From positions 98,830,001 through 98,894,000 of the forward strand of contig NC_045697.1 of the NCBI RefSeq assembly GCF_009834535.1: DNA of 64,000 nt. Direction: 5' to 3'. The position numbers and the translations under genes were made by a program. This stretch comes from Camelus ferus (taxonomy: Eukaryota). Below are positions 55,600-64,000 of this stretch, piece after piece (position 1 is the first letter of the stretch; each line of letters begins with the position of its first letter). Under the pieces are notes generated by a model. It saw nothing but the letters and a program-made list of their open reading frames with translations. It had not been told where the DNA came from and made no database searches.

Positions 55600-57552
55600 A
55601 TCTAACATGTAGTTCTGTGAGTAAAGGAAACCACATAGTTACTCTATGAGGCATTTCCAACAATGCAGGTCTCCGGAAAAAGCCCCATCGGGATGGACCT
55701 CAACCAAAGACTCATTTTTAACTGCCATGTTCTGCATTCTGGACACAAATAACTTCCATTATTCTTTCATGCAAAATATACCTGCCCCTCCCAAGGCCTC
55801 CAAAAGTCTCATCCTATTACAGCATTAGCTCAAAATCCAGAGTGTTTTATAAATGAGGTGCAGGTACTAACGAATTTCTTGAATATGGTTCGTAATATAG
55901 CTCTTCAAGTAGAGTTCTTGTTACGAAATCTGTGAACCAAAGAGACAATTTACTTATTCAGTATAAAGTGGTCAGAGTGGAAAAGGGCACCCACTGTAGA
56001 TGTTCTTTTTCAAAAAAGGGTGGTGAGGAGAGACTGGAGGCACACAGGAGTTACTGGTTCATTTCCATTCTCAAGTCCAGTTGGGTACAGGTTAGCAGTT
56101 CTTTGATGAGGACTCGAGACCTAGAAATAATTCTTTATGGCTCTTGGCTCTGTCCTCTGGGTTCTTGGTTCCACTTCTGAATCATCCTTTTTTCTTGAAA
56201 GTTAGCATTTGTTTGCTGCTAAGTAGTTTTTTAATCTGCTTCCAAAAATTTGGGGGGTCTAAAGGCTTCTTTTCATTTCCTACTGTCTCTGCTACTTTCA
56301 TTCCAGGTTTGCTATGTGTCTGCCATTATAATTCTCTTTAGAATTTTATGGCTCTTTTGTGAATCTTATTGAATTCACATGCACAGATATCCTTGTCTAC
56401 CTTGAGCTTTTGGTGAGAGGACAAATATTTCTAAGTTTCTTAAAAGGTCTTTTGTCTGATTGAGAGGATCTGTGAGTCACACCCTTAAAATTTTTAAGAG
56501 AGCTTTTTGTTTGACTAGTCACTGAGGCACCATCTTTCTGAGTCTGAGTCCTAACAAAAGATTTTAAAGCCAAACTCTCCACTTTCCCATTTGACATGTT
56601 TTCCTGGCAACGCTCTGGATTTGATCTTTGCTTGGCAGCCATTTCTGGAGAGGCTGAGAATTTTCAAAACGGTCAAGTCTCTCCTCCTTCCTTTAGTTTC
56701 TTTCTCTTGCATTTTTAACTACAAGCAGCAAGAGGAATGAGGTTCCACCTTTGAACTCCCACCCCTTCCTTTTGGCCTGGAAATCCCCCTAGCTGGATGG
56801 CCCAGTTCTTTGGTACATTTTATAAGCGATGCTAAGCTGTCTGCCTCTACGTAACTATAACGTGTTCCTCACTTTACTTTAAGCCCTCACTTGCAGCCTC
56901 TTCAAAATCTATATATCTCTTAATAGTCTGAGGCTCTTTAAGCCTCCATTAATGCTCTTCTCCAAGGTTTCCACCTTTTGCCAATCTGGTTTCAGAGCCA
57001 TTCCCCCATGTTAGGTTTTTATTGCAGCAGCACCCCACTTTCAGGCATCAAAATGTATGTTGGTTATCTGTTGCTGCATAACAAATTACTTACACTTTGC
57101 GGCTTTATACAAACATTTATTTCCTAGAGTTACTGTGGGCCAGGAACTCAGAAATCACCGAACTGTATGATTGGAAAGACAGTCTCTGTCAGGAGGTTGA
57201 AGTCAAGATGTCAGCCAAGGCACCTGAAGGATTGACCTAGGTTGGAGAATCTGCTTCCATGATGGCTTAATCTCAAGGCCAGAGGCCTGTTGTTGGCCAC
57301 ATGGGTCTTCCCATAAGGTGGTTTGGGTTTCTTCACAACATGATAGCTGGCTTCCTCTGAGTGATCCAGGGGAAAGCAAGGAGAAATCCACAGTGCTTTT
57401 ATGTCCTAATCTTGGATGTCCTATACTTTTCATTTCTGCCATATTTTATTAGTTAGAAATGAGTCAGTAAGTATAATCCACTTTTAAGGGTAGGGTAAAT
57501 AGGCTTTACTTTGGAAGGGAAGAATTTGTGGGTATGTTTTAAAATCACCACA
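55600..57552. mobile_element. MaLR (MLT1F-like) LTR at about 57054-57552 with adjoining internal sequence
   Basis: TG...CA bounded block with TATCTGTTGCTGCATAACAAATTAC start and AAAATCACCACA end, preceded by CACCCCACTTTCAGGCATCAAAA junction. Confidence 0.65.
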
Positions 57553-58218
57553 GTGTTAGAATGACTATTTTCATTTCTCATTATTAACAGATATTTTCCA
57601 AATAAATATTGATTGAACATACAGCTTTCAGATTTATTGCTCTAAGTCTAAACAGTACAGATTTTCCACTTTGTTATAGCATTTTTCTCAGCTCAAGGGA
57701 TATTGTTAATTTTTAATGTCAAATTTTAAATTTACCATATAGTTACCCATTATTCCATCAGCAAATATTTGAGTGTTTTCTGTGTGGTTTGGTATGTTGC
57801 TAGGCCTAGAGAATACAGAGGTTATGGTTAAGACAAGGTCTTTCCTAGCAAGAAACTCACAGTCTAAGTGAGAAGACAGATGTATAAACAAAGTACTGTG
57901 ATGAGCAGAATATCTGAGGCATGTGGCAGCACTGTTCAACAAGATTAGAAAAGGCACGACTAAGAGAAAGCATAGTATATAATGCTGTAGAGGTATGAAG
58001 TAGCTTGTTATATTACTGGAATTGCAGGAACTCATGCTTTTGTGCTTTGCTGTTGCCATAGCAGGTCTCCACCAGGTTTAAAAATTTTTTTTTGAAGATA
58101 TTACAGTGTTTTTCTGTCAAATGTAGCACTGTTAAAAGGCAAGGTACACATAGGCACATGAACATGGGTAACATGAAATATTTTTCATGGGAGTTTGTAT
58201 GGAAATATTACACAGTAA

Positions 58219-58488
<270 letters not shown>

Positions 58489-60299
58489 TAGCACAGTTGA
58501 GTAAAAAATTCCATGACAGGATATTGTCATTTTATATGGTCTTATTCAGCTAACTCGATCATAGATTTTAGAGTAAAAAGTCATTTTAAATGTTAGTATT
58601 CTCTCTCTCTTTCCTTCTCTCTCTCTCTTTCTTTCTTTTTTTTCACATTTAAAACTTGAAATAGTGATTCTAATCCAGAGTTATCTAGTATGATACAGTG
58701 GAAGGTTTTGGCTTTTGAGTCATTCTGATCTGGGTCCACATATTAGCTCTTACACTTCACTGTGTATCTTGGACACTTTGTCTAACCTCTCTGATGATTT
58801 TCTTAACTATAAAATGGGACTAGAAAAAATCTCTACCGGGCAGAGATGTTAGGACTAGAGAAAATACGTATAAAGAATATAGTGTCTGTTACGCACGGTA
58901 ACATTCAAGTTTTTGTATCTAGCCTAAATTGAGCTTGTGAGTTCTAAGTGTGCATCTCTCACACTTAGCCATGTTGTCAGTTTACAGTATTTCTTTATTG
59001 TACTTGCTGTTTGACCTAATGTCTTAAAAATCCGTAAGTATTTTTCCCCCAAGCCAAAATCTTACCTGCCATTTTAAAGTGTTAAGTTGAAATCAAGGTG
59101 TTTATTATCACATGAATCATTTTGATTAATAACATAAGCACTTTTCTTCTGGCCTTTGACATCCTCCTACTTCATGTGAAAATAATTGCATAATTTACTA
59201 GGTTAAAACAATATAGTAATAAACACCTTGTCGTAGAGTTCAGTTTTAGCCTCAGTAGTAACTCAATTCAAAAATTCAAAATTCAAAATCATTTACTGCT
59301 TTATAATTAAGGAAAGTTATAATGCCCAATGAATAGAGTTAGAAAATATTTTTGGAATTACACCAGAGCAGATGGATAGTAATGTCTCATAGCAGTATTG
59401 TTATTGGTAAGAACTGTAGAGAAATGTTGGATTTCACAAAGATATATTGACAAATAATTGTGTACTTTTCAGGAACAAATACCTTTTTATTGTTGGGAGT
59501 TTATTGGAAGAATATACAGGGATGTGAAGAAGCATAGAAAATTGACCTTTCAGGCCTCATGGAGAATTGCAAAAATTACTCAGGGATAATATCACCTTTT
59601 CCATCTTTATGACTTTTTTTTTCTTTCCTATTACCACTTTTACCACTGTCACTGACTGCCACCATCATCCTTTCCACTTGCTTTCTCTCTGTCCCATGAC
59701 TTGACTTAATGACTTTTTTCTTACAACGCTTCATATCTTGCATTAGAGTTCTTAGAGAGGTTTGGTTTTAGTCACAGTCTAATAAGGAGTATCCCATTGA
59801 GCAGAATTCTTGTACCAGTTCTCCTTATATATTACCATGTTTTCATTGTGTCTAGCCTATAATGGCTGCTTTATTGCCATATGTCAAGTTGAAGTCTAAT
59901 TATTTGTAGCTGAACGGTTGTACAATCATGCCTACAGACAGTGCTTCTGACTGCTTTATTTGGGAGGAGCCTAGTGGAAGACACCCAGTGTCATGGACTG
60001 CTATTCACTATATACCATTCTTACCTGTTAGGTACATCACCCTTCTCTTCCTAGGATAACTGCCTCAAAGTTGCTCCTATCTAATAGCATTCACACTCAC
60101 CCATATCCCGTATCCCATGTGGTGGCAATGCCAAATTATACCAAGCTGTCGTAACCAGGAGTGGCATTATAAACTATTTAAAAAACTGCCTGCCAATTCT
60201 GGGTCTAGAGTCCATAGTTCCTTTTTTTTGTGATTCTGTATTTCGGCATTCTTCCATGTGATAAATGGTGAATTTAGTTCATCAGTTCAGGATAATTTA

Positions 60300-60468
60300 T
60301 TATTTATTTATTTATTTATTATTTATTTATTTATTTATTAAAAAAATTTTTTTTTAATCTTAGACTTGTGCTTTGTTTTTTCTTGGTGGAAGGGAGCTAA
60401 TTAGGTTTACTTATTTTATTTAATGGAGGTACTAGGGATTGAACCCAGGACCTCGTGCATGCTAAACA
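60300..60468 (-). mobile_element. 5'-truncated Vic-1-like SINE with (TTTA)n tail
   Basis: B box present, A box missing; TSD AGGATAATTTA at 60289-60299 and 60469-60479. Confidence 0.85.
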
Positions 60469-61464
60469 AGGATAATTTAAATAATATGAAAGCATTGTTA
60501 AGTTAGCAGTTATTCTAATTAAGAAACAGAGAAGGAAAATAGGAAGAGGTTTAGTTAGTGAGTTTAATACTGAGTTAACTGAGTATAAATCTGAAGGCTT
60601 GGTGGAATCTGTATTGCTTGTTTCTCCAACTTACGAGGAGTTCTCTCCTATGTGATCTATCCTATGTAACTCCTTGTCTTCAGTCTGCATTCATCTCAAC
60701 TGCATTTTTCTTCCTCTTTTGCACACACGTGTTCCTTACCAAGGGTAATTAACTGTCTGTATAGTGTTTAATAGTTTTAAACTTTTTGTTGCTATGTTGG
60801 GAGTATAGGGAGATATACTCTTATACAACATATTTTTAACACTCAGATTAGATATCAGGTCAGTTTATAAATTTTAAAGTTGCATAATTAAAAAATGCCT
60901 TTGTAAATGTCTTAAATTGCTCATCAACACAATGCAGTTCTATTCTACATCTGTTTAACTTAGGTACATTTAAATCTTCGTGACCGGATGTATTACTTTT
61001 TTTTTTGAGAGAGAGAGACAGAAAAGAGTATGCTTAATGCTGGCAATTACATCCAGTACTCTTCAGTACTCCACTCTAGGTGAACATAAGACCCCACCTG
61101 AGTTTGAGACGGGAAAGGTGTGACTGCCATTTGTTTATTAGTCCATCTCGGTTCTTGTGTGCCTCTCATAGTATGATTATCTTACTACAATGATTGTGAT
61201 TTTGGTACTTATGTATATGGTTTTCATACACATAATGTAAACTAAAGATAGTATATATTCACATCTATATCTACTTGTCTGTCTTTATAACTTCAGAGAT
61301 TTTCAAGGGTAGTTTTGATTTTTTTTTTTTTTTTTTTTTTTACTCTTTAAGCACTGGTTGTAGAACCTCATCCCTATTTATGTTTTTGTTTATATAACCC
61401 AGTACTGCATTTTGTATATGTAAATGTAGAATGTAGTTAGCTTTATTGTGGTTACGTACATACA

Positions 61465-61581
61465 TATATTTGGTGGGGGGTGGTGGTGATTGGGTTTATT
61501 TTTTAATGGAGGTGCTAGGGATTGAACCCAGGAACTTGTGCATGCTAAGCATGTGCTCTACCACTGAGCTATACCTTCCTC
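61465..61581 (-). mobile_element. Vic-1-like SINE
   Basis: Head and tail motifs; TSD TGGTTA(C/T)GTACATA. Confidence 0.87.
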
Positions 61582-63096
61582 TGGTTATGTACATATACTT
61601 TAAACACTTAGATTTAGCTTGACAAAATCTTACCTATGAGGGGCACACAGAAACATATGGGGACCGGAGTTCCAGATCTCAAGGGTTGGGGAGGTGGGGC
61701 ATAGCATATGTTTTTATTTATTAGAATTGCAAACAGAATTAATTTCTCTCTTTTCTCTTTCCAAGTTCAAATACTTAATTTCAGTAAGTGTAATGCTGGT
61801 ATTGCTTCAGCGTCCCAGTATTCCTTTTTGTTTACCATTTTATTAATACCAGCTATATCTCCCTATAATAAATTATCCTAGTCAATCCTCATTTCAGTTT
61901 CTACCTCTTGAGAAATGAAAAGCTTGATAGAGCTGGGTGGCAATTTCAGTTTCCAGTTCTCTAATCTTCCCCTGATAACCATTTCTCCCCTGTATACCAC
62001 AAATTCCAACTCAGTAGAACATAGAGTCATGGGAATAAGAAGCAAAGTATTTACAAATGTATGAGAAAGGCATACTTATGAGAACCCTGTTTCTTCTCTG
62101 TCTCTTGATATCTCCAGCTATTAGAGTGATATTGCCATATATTGATTTCTGGTTTAGAGCATGTATCCTTGAGAATAATACTAGCTGCTTTACATACTAG
62201 AACAAGGTAAATCCTATAGATACCACCCATTGCTTAACTTGGTTTGTTTGTTTGTTTTTGTTTTTAAATGCTGTGAAATAATTTCTTTGGCTAGAATATG
62301 TGTTGGCAAAACCAGTTACTGTACTGGCCAAGACACATTGGACAGGTGTAGGGTATCTTGAGTTCCACGAGGGTTAACTGTTATTGCCTCTATGGTGAGA
62401 GAAGGCAAATACAGGACTCAGATGTTCAGTGCTCTTGTGACAAACATAGTATTGTTTCTTACCTTCACGCCAGTCTACAGAGAATAGTTTTGTCTCAGTA
62501 CTCAGTCTAGGAGTAGGACAGTAGCACAATTATGTAGTAAACATTACACTTGCCCAGTAATGATTACAAGTATGTAATTAATTAATACATTTATATACTT
62601 AATAAAGAGTGGTAGAGACAGTTCTATAAATGTAAATCTTTTCAAATGCTATCTCACCAATAGTGTGGCATTTGAATAAATAAGGATTTCTATAGAATTT
62701 GTAGTGGAGCAAAGCAACAGAGAATGAATATTGTACTTGTTTAAAGAGCTTGGTCATACTCAGCATTCACTCATTCTTTAATGTTCTTTACAGTTCTTAC
62801 CCCTTTTCATCCTGTTTCACATCCCCCTGCCTTTTTTCCCCCTTGGCTATCTTACCTGTTTCTCTTACTTTCTTTTCCTGGTTCTATTTTATCTTCTTTA
62901 CTTTAGATAATGTATAATCTCTATGGTTAAAAACCAGTGAGGAGTTCAGAATCCCTTTAGATAATGGGAGGGTAAAATATGAAAGTATTTTTGGGTGATT
63001 GGTAAGTGATTTAAAAAAGTGTTTTTAGTAGAAAGAGTAATTTACATCCCCTGAAAACCTTGTTTCCATTTGTATAATATCTTTTATTTTTGTTAG

Positions 63097-63205
63097 GTTG
63101 AAACCCCATTGGAAGAAGCTATTAAATTTTTAACACCATTGAAGAACTTGGTGAAGAACAAGATAGAAACTCATCTTTTTGCCTTTGAGATTTACTTTAG
63201 GAAAG
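63097..63205 (+). CDS. NAA15: NAA15 exon 16 ([36 protein letters not shown]); gene continues beyond the window
   Basis: AG/GT bounded, 109 nt; no stop codon reached. Confidence 0.97.
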
Positions 63206-63639
63206 GTAGGCAATTAGGTATAGTGGCCCTGATAAAACTGATCACTGTATTTCTTAGATACAATTGCCCAACTCTGATAGCTTCACCACTGTAGGATATT
63301 TTGGCAAATGCCAATGCAGCTTCCTTACAGAAATGCCTGCTATGTACAAAATTTTGGGGAAAGTAGAAAGATACAGTTACCTCTTCTAGGATATTAGAAT
63401 CAAAAATAGATGTACAGTATATAACTAGGATTAAGGTCAGATATAGTAATTATCATGTACATGTGTGGATAAAATTTAGTTAATAAATATAGAGCTTAGA
63501 ATAGTGTCTGGTACACAGTAAGCATTAGATAAGTGTCAGCTATTAGTCATTGTTATAAATAGAAGATGTGATGTTTGAGGTGTATCTTGAAGAATGGATC
63601 ATATTTCTAAAAGAAAAGATGCATAGAAGGGAAGAGTAT

Positions 63640-63776
63640 CCATTAAGAAAACACAAGCGTATATAAATAATTTTGATGTTGTCTGTATTACCTGGGCCAG
63701 GTAAAGAGCCGTTAAGAAAACACAAGCGTATATAAATAATTTTGATGTCGTCTGTATTACCTGGGCCAGGTAAAGA
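63640..63776. repeat. 69-bp-period near-perfect tandem duplication
   Basis: 63640-63707 vs 63709-63776, two mismatches. Confidence 0.95.
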
Positions 63777-64000
63777 TTAAAGATTTATGGTATTGAATTG
63801 ATTAATTCAAATGGTTCATTGAAAAAAAGAGTTTATCACTGAGGTGATACATAGAAACTGGTTAGTAATATCTGACAGAAAGTTACTGTTTCACACAGTG
63901 TCACTGTCCTACTAAAAAAATAAAATGATACCTGTAGAGAGTATCCATTAAAAAATCATGTTTATCAAAAGTAATTAATAGTGTTGGGGAAAGGGTGCTA

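Overview
Mammalian genomic DNA, most likely camelid, inferred from about 11 copies of a tRNA-derived SINE matching the camelid Vic-1 family. The window holds the CpG-island promoter and the first 16 coding exons of NAA15 (NatA auxiliary subunit) on the + strand. I assembled these by hand into an uninterrupted 2056-nt reading frame (about 685 codons); the gene continues past the window end. Intron 3 is a U12 (minor spliceosome) GT-AG intron. The 26-kb intron 1 carries an antisense processed retrocopy of CCDC12 with a 13-bp target-site duplication (TSD) and a single frameshift. The rest is ordinary intron filled with L1, L2, MIR, MER3/MER20, Tigger and MaLR remnants; repeat family names are from recalled consensus sequences, not a search. 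I see no convincing new multi-gene system. The best leads are: an 83-bp TTAA-flanked piggyBac-type MITE, a duplicated minus-strand candidate non-coding exon upstream of the promoter, the layout of the U12 intron 3' end, inverted SINE pairs, and several atypical retrotransposition junctions.
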